A DNA stretch of 64,000 nt, from contig JBBTUV010000003.1 of assembly GCA_038063535.1 (NCBI GenBank), positions 416 to 64,415 of the forward strand, read 5' to 3'. Positions 27,288 to 37,181 of the stretch are shown here, piece after piece. How positions within the stretch are numbered: the stretch's first letter is position 1; every line of letters starts with the position of its first letter. Origin of the DNA: Patescibacteria group bacterium (GTDB taxonomy: Bacteria; Patescibacteriota; Minisyncoccia; Phycocordibacterales; UBA9973). The position numbers and the translations under genes were made by a program. The notes under the pieces were generated by a model that was given only the letters and a program-made list of their open reading frames with translations, was not told where the DNA came from and did not search any database.

Positions 27288-28382
27288 ATGAAAGCAGAGT
27301 GTAGTTTAGAAAAAATTAAAAAAGCAGTGGACCAGGCTGAGAGGATCACTGGGAAAAACCTTACCCTCCCTGTTCTTGGGTCCGTTTTGATCTCAGCTTC
27401 TGGGAAGTCTTTAAAAATGCGCGCCACCAACCTGTCCTTGGGGGTAGAAATTGAGATCCCGGCGAAAATCCAAAAGGAAGGGCAGCTAGCGGTCCCCGGC
27501 GGGGTTCTCTCGGATGTTTTTTTGAATGTGTTTGGAGAGGAAAACGTCGTTCTTGAAGGATCGGGCGGGAATCTTGAAATCCACACCAAGCGAAATAAAA
27601 TAAAAATAAAAGGGCAGAATCATGAGGACTTCCCGACTATCCCAACCGTTTCCGGTAAAGAAATAAAAATCGACCCCAAAAGGCTCACCGACGGGATAAG
27701 GTCGGTCTATTACAGCTCCGCTATTTCCGATATCAAGCCGGAGATTTCCAGTGTTTATATTTATGGGGAGGACGAGAACCTGGTCTTTGTGGCGACCGAC
27801 TCTTTTCGTCTGGCAGAAAAAAAGATCAAAGCAAGGGGAGCAGACGATGTTTCACTTCTCATCCCATTTAAAAATATCCCCGAAATCCTGCGCGTACTTC
27901 AAGATTTCACCGAGGAAGCGGAACTCTGCTACAGCAAAAACCAGGTTTCTATCGCCTCCGGCGGCGTCTATCTTACCTCAAGGGTGGTAAATGGAATTTT
28001 CCCCGATTACCGTCAGATTATCCCCAGAGAATCAAAAACACAAGCGGTGCTTCTCAAGGAAGAACTTTTGAACGCTCTTAAACTCTCGAATGTTTTTTCC
28101 GATAAGTTCAGCCAGGTGAATTTAAAAATTTCGCCGGAAAAAAAGATTTTCGAACTCTCCTCCGCAAACAACGACGTGGGGGAAAATAAGACTTCCGTCG
28201 ACGCCGCGATAACCGGGGAAGCAGTAGACCTAGCTTTCAACTACCGCTATTTCCTCGACTGCTTCCAATCAATCAGTGCCGACAGCCTTGCCCTTAAGTT
28301 CGACGGGCCCTCCCGCCCGATAGTCGTGGCTCCTGTTTCAGACACCTCCTTTTCTTACCTCATCATGCCAATGAATCGCTAA
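27288..28382 (+). CDS. dnaN: DNA polymerase III beta sliding clamp
   Basis: Position after dnaA. Three-domain roughly 364-aa protein with typical beta-clamp N-terminus (LKFT/K..L..AV..V). Confidence 0.85.
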   Translation: MKAECSLEKIKKAVDQAERITGKNLTLPVLGSVLISASGKSLKMRATNLSLGVEIEIPAKIQKEGQLAVPGGVLSDVFLNVFGEENVVLEGSGGNLEIHTKRNKIKIKGQNHEDFPTIPTVSGKEIKIDPKRLTDGIRSVYYSSAISDIKPEISSVYIYGEDENLVFVATDSFRLAEKKIKARGADDVSLLIPFKNIPEILRVLQDFTEEAELCYSKNQVSIASGGVYLTSRVVNGIFPDYRQIIPRESKTQAVLLKEELLNALKLSNVFSDKFSQVNLKISPEKKIFELSSANNDVGENKTSVDAAITGEAVDLAFNYRYFLDCFQSISADSLALKFDGPSRPIVVAPVSDTSFSYLIMPMNR

Positions 28383-30922
28383 TTGCTAACCTGGAAGGTA
28401 GCCAAGGTCTCGGTTCGATTCCAAGCTCTATCGTAAGAAATTACCCGAAGCTCATTTTTCGCTCGGAGATTGTCCAATGTCTCAAGGTTGAAAGAAAACC
28501 CGGAGGGTGAGCTCGCGCTTCCCACGAAGACATCGTTCACAAACACATCTATTTTCTCTAGCGGGAAACGTCCGGAGCTCTCTAATTTCAGTACAATTTT
28601 TGAATCACGAGAGTAGACCATGTCCGGGGACGGCTCGAGAATGGTGACCCTCGGCCGAGAACTTTCTGTGTGAACGTCGTCACTCCCGATCGGCTTGTCG
28701 AAGTTGCTCACAGTAGGGTAGAGCCTCTTGTTCTGAGCCCACCAGTTCTGTACCGGTATTTCCCAATGACTATATTGCGGATCGCTTCTCGGGTCTTCCG
28801 GAGCCGAGCCGAGGGGGTCACCCTTCCTGACCCAATGGAGTATGGTATGGACGTTGGTTATCACTCTCTCTTCGATCGTCTCGGGCGGAGTCAGGGCGGT
28901 GGCCAGTTTCCCCGAAATCTTGTCGATCAGAAAACTTTCCCCCCCCTGCCAGAAGCCCCGCAAAACCGGTTTTAGATCCGCAGGGGAAGAAAGGTCCGGC
29001 TCTTCGAATCTTTCATTTGGGAGTGACTGAAGCGCCAGGCTCATGAATTTATTCCAGATCGGCCCCGCCAACGCGGCCCCGCCCTTTTTCATCGGCTTAT
29101 TGTCATTATTTCCTACCCACACCCCGACCGCGATCGAAGGGGTATAACCTATGGTCCAGGCATCCTTATTATTGTTCGTGGTACCAGTTTTCGCTGCTGT
29201 ATCATACCCGGGGATGAGAAGAGGTGAGCTTGTACCGAAAGTGGGGGCGCGGGCTATATTGTCGGAAAGAATGTCCGAAATAACAAGAGCGGTATTCTTC
29301 GGAAGCACCTCCGTTGAGGCTAGGGTAAACTCCTCGAGCGTATTTCCTACCGCGTCCTCCACTTTTAGAATCCCAGTGTATGGATTTCTTATGCCGTCTG
29401 CAGCAAAGATGCCGAAGGCGCTTGTCATATCGAGTAAGGTGACTTCGCCACCCCCGATCACCAAAGTGAGCCCGTAGCGGGAGAGATCGGTGAGCGTGCT
29501 TATGCCCATCGATCGTGCAAGTTCTAGAGCGTTCCTCGTCCCGGCCAGGTAAAAAAGCTTGACCGCCGGAATGTTAATCGATTGTGCCAGCGCGTCGCGA
29601 AGCTTCATTGGGCCCCGGTGCCCCCCGTCGTAGTTTACCGGCATATAGCAGTCATCCTGGTTGCGGCCCGGTAGGGCCACACCGCTTGCGTTGCAAGTGG
29701 TCTGAAACTCGGTGGGGAGATCAAAAAGGATAGTATCGGGAGTAAAACCCTCGTTGAAAGCGGTGGCGTAAATGAATGGCTTGAAGGAGGAACCCGGCTG
29801 GCGACGTGCGGTAGCGATATTGTAATTCCCGTCGATTTCTTTATCGAAGTAATCCCGTGAACCTACCATCGCAAGGATCTGTCCGCTTTGGGGGTCGATT
29901 GCCACGAGCCCTGCGTTCGAGCCGTTCCAATCTCTCTCGTTTAGAAGCGCTCCTTCTTTCACTATTTCTTCTGCTTTTGCTTCGAGGGGCCAGTCAAGAG
30001 TGCTGATGACTTTCAAGCCCCCGTTTTCAACCATCTCCGGTCCGTATTTTTGCTCCAGGTATTCTTTTATAAAAAAAACGAAGTGCGGCGCCTTGATGCT
30101 TCCAGAGGTCTGGGGGAGAAACACCACCGCCGTGTTTTTCGCGCTCTGGTATTCCTCTTCGGTTATGAAACTAAGCTCCCGCATCCGGAAGAGAACGAAA
30201 TTCTTTCTCTCCTCAAGCCTACCCACATTTTTCCCGTGGGGGGAGAGAAAAGAAGGTGATTGGGGAATAGCCGCAAGATAGGCCGCTTCCGCGAGCGAAA
30301 GGTCCTTCGCATTCTTTCCGAAATAGTTCCGCGAAGCTTCCTCGATCCCATAAATTGTTCCTCCGTATGGCACCTCGTTCAAGTAGAGCTCAAGAATTTT
30401 TTCCTTTGGGAGGGCCCGCTCGATCTTCAGCGCAAGTATCCATTCCTTTATTTTCCTGATGACGGATTTTTTTGGATTAAGCAGGGTATTTTTTACGAGC
30501 TGCTGGGTGATCGTAGAACCGCCTTGGGTGGCCCCCCCGAAAATATTGGCAAAGGTCGCGCGCAAGATAGAGCTGATTCGGATTCCGCTATGATTGTAAA
30601 AATCCGAGTCCTCGACCGCCACAGTCGCGTTTTTTATGTTCGCCCCCATGTCGGCAAAAGCAATATTTGTGCGGCGCACATCGCGATGGATGTCATAGAG
30701 CACGATTTCTCCGCTCCGGTCGTAAATCTTAGTTGAGCTTGCTATCAGGCGTTCCTCGAACGAGCTGAAGTCTGGGATTTCCAAGCGCGAGGCCCAGATA
30801 ACTCCGAACCCGAGGAGAAGAACCAATGCCCCCGCGCAGAGGAAAACGAAATTCTTCGTAGCGACAGCAGGCCGGAATTTTCGGTAAACCCTTCTTATTT
30901 TAATTACTATTTTCTCAAACAC
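28379..30922 (-). CDS. class A penicillin-binding protein (PBP1A: GT51 transglycosylase + transpeptidase) with extra C-terminal domain
   Basis: N-terminal TM. GT51 motifs (EDSDFYNHSGI, GGSTITQQLVKN, RKIKEWILALKIE). Transpeptidase motifs SSFKP, SxN-like and KTGT. About 150-aa C-terminal extension. Confidence 0.9.
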   Translation of the reverse strand: MFEKIVIKIRRVYRKFRPAVATKNFVFLCAGALVLLLGFGVIWASRLEIPDFSSFEERLIASSTKIYDRSGEIVLYDIHRDVRRTNIAFADMGANIKNATVAVEDSDFYNHSGIRISSILRATFANIFGGATQGGSTITQQLVKNTLLNPKKSVIRKIKEWILALKIERALPKEKILELYLNEVPYGGTIYGIEEASRNYFGKNAKDLSLAEAAYLAAIPQSPSFLSPHGKNVGRLEERKNFVLFRMRELSFITEEEYQSAKNTAVVFLPQTSGSIKAPHFVFFIKEYLEQKYGPEMVENGGLKVISTLDWPLEAKAEEIVKEGALLNERDWNGSNAGLVAIDPQSGQILAMVGSRDYFDKEIDGNYNIATARRQPGSSFKPFIYATAFNEGFTPDTILFDLPTEFQTTCNASGVALPGRNQDDCYMPVNYDGGHRGPMKLRDALAQSINIPAVKLFYLAGTRNALELARSMGISTLTDLSRYGLTLVIGGGEVTLLDMTSAFGIFAADGIRNPYTGILKVEDAVGNTLEEFTLASTEVLPKNTALVISDILSDNIARAPTFGTSSPLLIPGYDTAAKTGTTNNNKDAWTIGYTPSIAVGVWVGNNDNKPMKKGGAALAGPIWNKFMSLALQSLPNERFEEPDLSSPADLKPVLRGFWQGGESFLIDKISGKLATALTPPETIEERVITNVHTILHWVRKGDPLGSAPEDPRSDPQYSHWEIPVQNWWAQNKRLYPTVSNFDKPIGSDDVHTESSRPRVTILEPSPDMVYSRDSKIVLKLESSGRFPLEKIDVFVNDVFVGSASSPSGFSFNLETLDNLRAKNELRVISYDRAWNRTETLATFQVSN

Positions 30923-30949
30923 GGCTTCAATTATAACAAAAAAAGTGGT

Positions 30950-32158
30950 ATGATTCGAGAAATGAAAACCATCACCGATTCGGGGAAGATCGAAGAACTT
31001 CTCTCTCGAGGAGTGGAGAAAATATATCCTGGAAAAGAAGAGCTCAGAAAAATCTTAGTCTCCGGGAAAAGATTGAGATTATACCAAGGATTTGACCCGA
31101 CTGGCACGAAACTTCACCTCGGTCATATGGTCGGGCTTCGAAAACTTGCTGCCTGGCAGGAAATGGGTCATGAGGTGATATTCTTGATCGGCGACGGCAC
31201 CGGCCAAGCGGGCGATCCATCAGGAAAAACTTCCGCCCGTGAGAAATTTCATACCCGTCAGGAACTCCGCGAGAATGCAAAGAATTATATTGAAGAAGTA
31301 AGTCCGATCCTAAAATTCGACGGCAAAAACCCGGCTAAAGTGTTATATAACGGGGACTGGTTGAACGAGGCGCTTCTTAATATTTTAAATATCGCGGAGC
31401 ATTTCTCCCTCTCCCAGCTTGCCGAGAGAGATCTTTTCCAAGAAAGGATAAAAAAAGGCGGAACGGTCAACATGAAAGAGTTTCTTTATCCGCTCCTTCA
31501 GGGCTATGACTCCGTGCACATGGATGTGGATTTAGAAATCGGCGGGAGCGATCAGACATTTAATATGCTCTGCGGCCGCACACTTCTAAAATCGATGAAG
31601 GGAAAAGAAAAATTCGTGATGACGACCCCGCTCCTAGCGGACAAATCGGGCAGGAAGATAGGAAAAACAGAGGGGAACATCATCGCTCTTGATGACGCAC
31701 CCGGGGAGCTCTTTGGGAAGATCATGGCGCTTCCTGATGAAGTAATCGTCCAGTGTTTCGAATGTCTGACAACCGCCCCGATGGAAAAAGTTAGATCAGT
31801 CGCCAAGGCAATATCTCTCGGTGATAACCCAATGGTTCATAAAAAGGAACTGGCTGAAGAAATAGTCAGGGAATTAAACAATGACCACGCGGCCAAAGAA
31901 GCTGCCGCAGAGTTCAGTGCAACATTCCAAAAAAGAGAAACCCCGGAAGATATGCCGGAAGTTCTCGGCAAGGGAAGTCTCATCGAAACCTTTGTCGCGG
32001 CCGATATAGTTTCTTCGAAAACGGAGTTTCGCCGCCTAATCCAGGAAGGGGCGATCGAGAATCTTGAAGCGCGCGCGTCAGTCGAAAATGTAAACGAGAG
32101 AGCTGTGTCAGGAACCCGCTACAAAATCGGCAAGAAAAGGTTTGTGCGCATAAAGTAA
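30950..32158 (+). CDS. tyrS: tyrosine--tRNA ligase
   Basis: Class I motifs GFDPTG..LHLGH and KIGKT (KMSKS-like). C-terminal S4-like RNA-binding domain. Confidence 0.8.
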   Translation: MIREMKTITDSGKIEELLSRGVEKIYPGKEELRKILVSGKRLRLYQGFDPTGTKLHLGHMVGLRKLAAWQEMGHEVIFLIGDGTGQAGDPSGKTSAREKFHTRQELRENAKNYIEEVSPILKFDGKNPAKVLYNGDWLNEALLNILNIAEHFSLSQLAERDLFQERIKKGGTVNMKEFLYPLLQGYDSVHMDVDLEIGGSDQTFNMLCGRTLLKSMKGKEKFVMTTPLLADKSGRKIGKTEGNIIALDDAPGELFGKIMALPDEVIVQCFECLTTAPMEKVRSVAKAISLGDNPMVHKKELAEEIVRELNNDHAAKEAAAEFSATFQKRETPEDMPEVLGKGSLIETFVAADIVSSKTEFRRLIQEGAIENLEARASVENVNERAVSGTRYKIGKKRFVRIK

Positions 32159-32184
32159 AATGCCCCGCTTGGGGCATTTTACTT
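32157..32184. terminator. bidirectional intrinsic terminator hairpin between convergent tyrS and minus-strand operon
   Basis: Perfect 10-bp stem AAAATGCCCC / GGGGCATTTT with GCTT loop, immediately after the tyrS stop. Confidence 0.6.
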
Positions 32185-32400
32185 TCAGTGGTAGCTATCT
32201 TCCGGATCTTCTTCGCCAAGGCCTGCCTCAATTTCCTTCTCGTCGGCAGAGGGCTCTATCATCTCATTCTCTCCGCTGTCTTCATCTAAGCGATAGTTTC
32301 GCTCCTGAAGCATCTCGTTTTCGTTGTAATCCATGGAAATAAAATTTCTTAAACGACCTTTGATAAAAGCGATAAATATTTTTTTCTTATTTAATATCAA
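32185..32400 (-). CDS. small acidic hypothetical protein (possible start at internal Met, MDYNENEM...)
   Basis: Short ORF downstream of ruvC with a highly acidic C-terminus. Weak support. Confidence 0.3.
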   Translation of the reverse strand: MILNKKKIFIAFIKGRLRNFISMDYNENEMLQERNYRLDEDSGENEMIEPSADEKEIEAGLGEEDPEDSYH

Positions 32401-32428
32401 ATAAGAGAACCTTTAGCAAGGAAAATTT

Positions 32429-32923
32429 CTATTTTATGTGGATAACTCTCTCGCTTCTGATATAAGAGAAAGCAGTCAGGGCTATGGCTATAGAGTCAAG
32501 TTCGTCGTCGGAAATGATTGCCTCGTCGATTTTAACAAGCATTTTAAGCATTTTTTTGATCTGCGCTTTGTCTGCGCGGCCGGAACCGGTGACAGCGAGC
32601 TTAATCGCCGGAGGCGATGCTTCGAAGATACGCAAGCCACCCGATTTTCCCTCATTTATGACCACGCCCCGAACTTCCGAAACCCGCATGGCGGTTTTCT
32701 GGTTGGTTCCGAGGTAAAGAGTTTCCACCGCAAGGACATCCGGCTGGAAATTTTTGATCAATTCCTTCACCTCTTTTGATATAAGGAGCAGCCGCTCGGA
32801 AAACTCAAGGTCACTTCCGGTTTTGAAACAGGAAGAATATAAAACAGCCTCGCGCCCGCCCTTTTTCTCTAGAACCGCGAGCCCGAGCCGCTCATACCCA
32901 GGGTCAACTCCCAAGACTTTCAT
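32429..32923 (-). CDS. ruvC: crossover junction endodeoxyribonuclease RuvC
   Basis: RuvC fold: N-terminus VLGVDPGYERLGLAV, catalytic acidic residues, about 164 aa. Confidence 0.85.
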   Translation of the reverse strand: MKVLGVDPGYERLGLAVLEKKGGREAVLYSSCFKTGSDLEFSERLLLISKEVKELIKNFQPDVLAVETLYLGTNQKTAMRVSEVRGVVINEGKSGGLRIFEASPPAIKLAVTGSGRADKAQIKKMLKMLVKIDEAIISDDELDSIAIALTAFSYIRSERVIHIK

Positions 32924-32938
32924 CCTATTATTCTACCA

Positions 32939-33460
32939 TCACTCGACATTTGTATGGACTTCTTGTACGGCATCATGCTCTTCGAGCTCATCCACAAGTT
33001 TCTCGAGTAATTTCAAATCTTCACCAGAAAGGAGAATCGTGCTTGTCGGCACCCACTCGTTATTTTTCTTTCTGAAGGCCCAGACTACCGACCCCGGAGC
33101 TCCGAGGGAGAACCCGTTTTCCGAAAGCAAGTGTTTCATCTCTTGGGTTGTGCGGTTTTTGTTGTCCGAAAGTGCAGTAATAATTATCCCCGCGCCCCCA
33201 GGCCCATAAGTTTCGTATAGAACCGATTCCATTTCTTTCGTTTCGTTTGCTCTCTTTAAGGCCCGTTCGATAATATCCTTAGGTGCGTTTGCGCGCCTTG
33301 CCTTTTCAATTGCCGCGCGCAGCTCGGGAGTTTCTTTCCCGCCGGAGATTTTGGCTGCCACACCGATTGCTCGCGCAAGCTTACCGAAGGTCTTACTTTT
33401 CTTAGCGTCGGTTACCTCCTTCTGCCTTTTTATTTGGGTCCACTTATTATGCCCTGCCAT
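32939..33460 (-). CDS. YebC/PmpR family DNA-binding regulatory protein (short form)
   Basis: N-terminus MAGHNKWTQIKRQK is the family signature. Sits between ruvB and ruvC as in many bacteria. Confidence 0.75.
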   Translation of the reverse strand: MAGHNKWTQIKRQKEVTDAKKSKTFGKLARAIGVAAKISGGKETPELRAAIEKARRANAPKDIIERALKRANETKEMESVLYETYGPGGAGIIITALSDNKNRTTQEMKHLLSENGFSLGAPGSVVWAFRKKNNEWVPTSTILLSGEDLKLLEKLVDELEEHDAVQEVHTNVE

Positions 33461-33463
33461 CTC

Positions 33464-34486
33464 TTAAATCAATTTATTCTGTGATTTTTTTTCCTGAACA
33501 CCGGTATGTGCTCGTGCTTTTTCTGTCGCGAGGCGTCCCCGAGCAGTGCGCTCGATAAAACCGAGCTGAAGGAGATATGGTTCGATTACTTCTTCAAGTG
33601 TCGCCTCTTCTTCTGAGAGGGCCGCCGCGATCGTTTTGAGGCCGATCGGGCCACCCCCAAATTTCGCAATTAAAACCTCGAGATATTTTCGGTCGGTGGG
33701 ATTAAGACCGATTTCGTCCACCGAAAGCATCTCAAGAGCCGCTGCCACGGAATCTTTGTCGAGCTTCTTCTTGTGAACCTGCGCAAAATCACGACAACGT
33801 TTCAGAAAATAGTTTGCAGTACGCGGCGTCGCTCGGCTCCTTTTCGCGATTTCTTCCACCGCCTCCGGCGCAAGCTCTGCCCCAAGGAGTTTGCTCGAGC
33901 GGAGAAGTATTTCCTCGATCTCCTTCACCGAATAAAATTCGAGCCGGAAGACCCCTCCGGAAAAACGCGAACGAAGCGGCGCTGAGATCAAAGCCGCCCG
34001 AGTGGTCGCCGCGATCAAAGTGAATTTGGGAAGATCGAGCTGTATGGTACGGGCAGAGGGACCCTTACCGATCACGATGTCGAGAACTCCGGATTCCATC
34101 GCCGGGTAAAGAATCTCCTCAACCATTTTGTTCAAACGATGGATTTCGTCGATGAAGAGAATGTCCCCGGGCGATAGGTTGGTCAGGATCGAAGCGAGAT
34201 CGCCGACTTTCTCAATCGCCGGCCCCGAGGTTATTTTCATCTGTTTTTTCGTCTCCCGCGCGATCAGGTGGGCGAGAGTAGTCTTGCCAAGCCCCGGCGG
34301 GCCATAGAAAAGTATGTGTTCAGGAGCGTGTCCCCGCTCTTCGGCTGCCTGAAGAAGTATCCGGATATTGTCCTTAATATGCTTTTGGCCGACATACTCG
34401 GAAAAACTTCTTGGGCGAAGGGTTTCAACTAACTCCTTTTCTTCTACAGGGGGCCCCCCGCCTTTTTTCTTATTAGGGGTTGACAT
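33464..34486 (-). CDS. ruvB: Holliday junction branch migration ATPase RuvB
   Basis: Walker A GPPGLGKTTLA, Walker B ILFIDEIHR, sensor and arginine-finger regions, C-terminal winged helix. Confidence 0.95.
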   Translation of the reverse strand: MSTPNKKKGGGPPVEEKELVETLRPRSFSEYVGQKHIKDNIRILLQAAEERGHAPEHILFYGPPGLGKTTLAHLIARETKKQMKITSGPAIEKVGDLASILTNLSPGDILFIDEIHRLNKMVEEILYPAMESGVLDIVIGKGPSARTIQLDLPKFTLIAATTRAALISAPLRSRFSGGVFRLEFYSVKEIEEILLRSSKLLGAELAPEAVEEIAKRSRATPRTANYFLKRCRDFAQVHKKKLDKDSVAAALEMLSVDEIGLNPTDRKYLEVLIAKFGGGPIGLKTIAAALSEEEATLEEVIEPYLLQLGFIERTARGRLATEKARAHTGVQEKKSQNKLI

Positions 34487-34789
34487 TTAATTGAAAATAT
34501 GCTATGCTTCTAATATAGGGAATTTATCAACAGCCTTTCCACCGGCTCATCCACATTATAGCATTAATTTTCAAGGCCTGACCGGAGGGCAGTTGTATAA
34601 TAACCAAGTTCCTGAAAAAAGAAGATACTGATCTCTAATCAATCAACCTCGCGGTTATAGAAATTTGCCCAGGACGCTCTGGTTATCCTTCGGATCTACT
34701 GGGGCCATCCTAGAAAAATTTGTTACTTTTGGGTTATCTAACTTAAAAGGATTGTTTAGAGATTAGTGTCTTTTTTTATTAACTATCGG

Positions 34790-35443
34790 CTAGATCTTGT
34801 ATTTTTTGTAGTTCAGGCAAAAATCTTTTCCTCCGCGCTTGAAGCTTGCATGGCTCTCCTCGATTATTTTCACTGCCTGCTGCGGAGTGTCCACGCAAAA
34901 GACCAGCTCATAATCCTCCGGATTCATGTATTTTTTTCTGAGCGGCTCCTGCTTTATCCAACGGAGAAGCCCTCTCCAGCGCTTACCGAGAAGAATGATC
35001 GGAATATTGCAGATGTTTTTTACCTGGACGAGTTGCCAGGCGTAAAAAAGCTCAAGAGAGGTGCCGAGGCCACCGGGAGCAACTATGATCGCGTTTGAAA
35101 GCAGCATAAATTCATCCAGCCGACTCGAGAATTTGTTGAACTCTTCTTTGTATTGAACGGACTTGTTGAATTTTTGATTCCAGAGCATTTTAACGCCGAT
35201 GCCAATCGAATGTGTCCGATGATGCCCCTTCTTACTGCCCCTCCTGTGCCCCTCGTTCGCCGCCTGCATGAGTCCGGGTCCGCCACCGGTGACTACGTCG
35301 ATCCCGCGCTCCCCGAGCATTTCCGCAAGGTTCTGGACGCTTTTATAAACTCCGTCTCGCTTTTTCACCCGGGAGCCCCCGAAGATAATCACCTTGAAGT
35401 GTCCCCGGTCCTTTTTTTCGAAAATTTGGAATTTGCTTCTCAT
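34790..35443 (-). CDS. LOG family protein (TIGR00730; cytokinin riboside 5'-monophosphate phosphoribohydrolase-like)
   Basis: Motifs GGGPGLMQAANEG and PGGLGTSLELF. Confidence 0.7.
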   Translation of the reverse strand: MRSKFQIFEKKDRGHFKVIIFGGSRVKKRDGVYKSVQNLAEMLGERGIDVVTGGGPGLMQAANEGHRRGSKKGHHRTHSIGIGVKMLWNQKFNKSVQYKEEFNKFSSRLDEFMLLSNAIIVAPGGLGTSLELFYAWQLVQVKNICNIPIILLGKRWRGLLRWIKQEPLRKKYMNPEDYELVFCVDTPQQAVKIIEESHASFKRGGKDFCLNYKKYKI

Positions 35444-35446
35444 TTT

Positions 35447-37144
35447 TTATTCTTCTGAAATATCGACGACATTTTTTACCTCCGCAAAAGAGGTGACCCC
35501 CGAAAGTATTTTTATCATAGCATCTTCCCGCATCGTAAGTATGCCCTGAGCGGCCGCGATCTTTCTGATTTCCCTTTCGCTCGGCTTCCCCGCCGTTATT
35601 TTTTCTATCGCCTCATCTGTCTTTATCGCCTCAAAAACTCCGACCCGGCCGGAGTAACCAGTGCTGTTGCACTTGTCGCACCCAACCGGTTCGTAAAATA
35701 CAAGATTTTTCTCCTCAATCCCATATTTCAGGAGTTCTTTTCCATCTTTTTTCATTTTATCCAGGATAGATTCGATCACCTTACGTGCTTCCGAATCTGC
35801 CGTCGACTCTCGCTTGCAAAACTTACAGAGCTTGCGTACCAGCCGCTGCGCCATCGAGAGCGTTAGGGCCGAGGGCAGAATTTTTGGGTCCGCTCCGAGC
35901 TCGATCAGCCGCGGGATCGCCCCGGCCGCGTTGTTGGTGTGCAAAGTAGAGAGGACCAGGTGCCCAGTCAGCGCGGCCTGCACTGCGGTTTTGGCCGTTT
36001 CCCCGTCGCGGATCTCGCCGACCATGATGACATCCGGGTCCTGCCGGAGGGATGATCGTAACCCTTCGAGGAAAGTAAGGTTGCCGCTTTTTTCGTCAAC
36101 CTGTGTTTGGGTGATCCCCCCTATGTGATATTCCACCGGGTCTTCGATTGTTATCACATTTATTTCCGGAGTGTAGATCTTCCGCAGGAACGCATAGAGG
36201 GTGGTGGTCTTACCGGACCCGGTCGGGCCGGTAACGAGGATAAGCCCGTTCGGCCGCGCGATCTCCGCTTCCACGATCCGCAGGAGATAAGGCTCGATCC
36301 CAAGCTCTTCAAACGCGACCTGAATCGCTTTCGGGTCGAGTATGCGCATCACGATCGACTCGCCATAGGTTCCCGGGATCATCGAGCTTCGGATATTGAT
36401 TTCATCCGTGCCCTCCATGATAGAAAAACGGCCATCCTGACTGATTTTCGAGGTAAGCTTCATGCCGGAGAGAAGTTTAATACGAGAGTTGAGCAACTCG
36501 TAAATGTGAGTTTCGAAGAAGGTTATATCCTGAAGAATCCCGTCGAGGCGAAGTCGCAGTCTGCCGCGCCCCTTCTCCGGTTCGATGTGAATGTCCGAAG
36601 CCCGAATGGCAATCGCCCCGGCGAGAATGATCTCGAGAATGCGCGAGATCTTATGCGGCTGGTTCTCTTTGAGCGTCGCCTCGATAGTCACCGAAATGTC
36701 TTTCATTTTTTGGATGTTTTTTGCGGTTTCGCGCAAAACTTCCGCCGAAATTTCAACTCCGCCCACCTGCGAGCTTTTGGCCATTGAGAGCTCCTCATAT
36801 CTTTCCCAGACTTTTTTTAAGGACGCTTCCGAAACCATGTAAAAAGACGGGGCAAGGCTTTGTAAGAGCATTTCTTTTTTCAAACGTTCTAGTATCTCCG
36901 GTTGGGGAGAGCGGACGGCGATCAGGATATTCGATCCAGAGAGCTTGAAGGGAGCGACCCCGAGCGCATGCGCCTCTTCTTCCGGAATCGCCCGCAGAGC
37001 CTCGTTCTCCACGATCTGATGATAGAGGTCAATGTAAGGTATGCCGTATTTTGATTCGGCGAGAGCCGATACCACTTGTTCCTCCTCCAGACGCCTCCAG
37101 TCCTCGAGCTGCTTTTTCTGTTTTTCGTCGTCGAAATCCGCCAT
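35447..37144 (-). CDS. pilB: type IV pilus assembly / type II secretion ATPase (PilB/GspE family)
   Basis: Walker A GPTGSGKTTTL, Asp and His boxes, N-terminal GspE-N domain, C-terminal tetracysteine zinc motif (CDKCNSTG). Confidence 0.9.
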   Translation of the reverse strand: MADFDDEKQKKQLEDWRRLEEEQVVSALAESKYGIPYIDLYHQIVENEALRAIPEEEAHALGVAPFKLSGSNILIAVRSPQPEILERLKKEMLLQSLAPSFYMVSEASLKKVWERYEELSMAKSSQVGGVEISAEVLRETAKNIQKMKDISVTIEATLKENQPHKISRILEIILAGAIAIRASDIHIEPEKGRGRLRLRLDGILQDITFFETHIYELLNSRIKLLSGMKLTSKISQDGRFSIMEGTDEINIRSSMIPGTYGESIVMRILDPKAIQVAFEELGIEPYLLRIVEAEIARPNGLILVTGPTGSGKTTTLYAFLRKIYTPEINVITIEDPVEYHIGGITQTQVDEKSGNLTFLEGLRSSLRQDPDVIMVGEIRDGETAKTAVQAALTGHLVLSTLHTNNAAGAIPRLIELGADPKILPSALTLSMAQRLVRKLCKFCKRESTADSEARKVIESILDKMKKDGKELLKYGIEEKNLVFYEPVGCDKCNSTGYSGRVGVFEAIKTDEAIEKITAGKPSEREIRKIAAAQGILTMREDAMIKILSGVTSFAEVKNVVDISEE

Positions 37145-37165
37145 TAAATATGATTATATCGCAAG

Positions 37166-37181
37166 TGGTATAATTTACATA
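37166..37181 (+). promoter_or_regulatory. extended -10 promoter (TGgTATAAT) placed for a leaderless polA transcript
   Basis: TGGTATAAT ends 7 nt before the polA ATG. Whole pilB-polA divergent spacer is only 37 nt. Confidence 0.45.

Noticed and set aside
28405-28435. tRNA-like T-arm motif (GGTTCGATTCC) just downstream of the dnaN stop
   Set aside because: No acceptor stem or anticodon arm can be built around it. It lies inside the C-terminal coding sequence of the minus-strand PBP1A gene. Probably coincidental or an ancient remnant.
32185-32400. Whether the 71-aa acidic ORF downstream of ruvC is real
   Set aside because: Not rejected outright (kept as a low-confidence feature). No motif and an ambiguous start. 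It could simply be the 3' UTR before the shared terminator.
34560-34600. Possible SRP-RNA-like motif (CCUGACCGGAGGGCAG) in the ruvB upstream spacer
   Set aside because: It resembles the helix-8 GGAAGCAG region only loosely. I could not build the conserved asymmetric loop or GNRA tetraloop. Left as an unexplained spacer (see finding).
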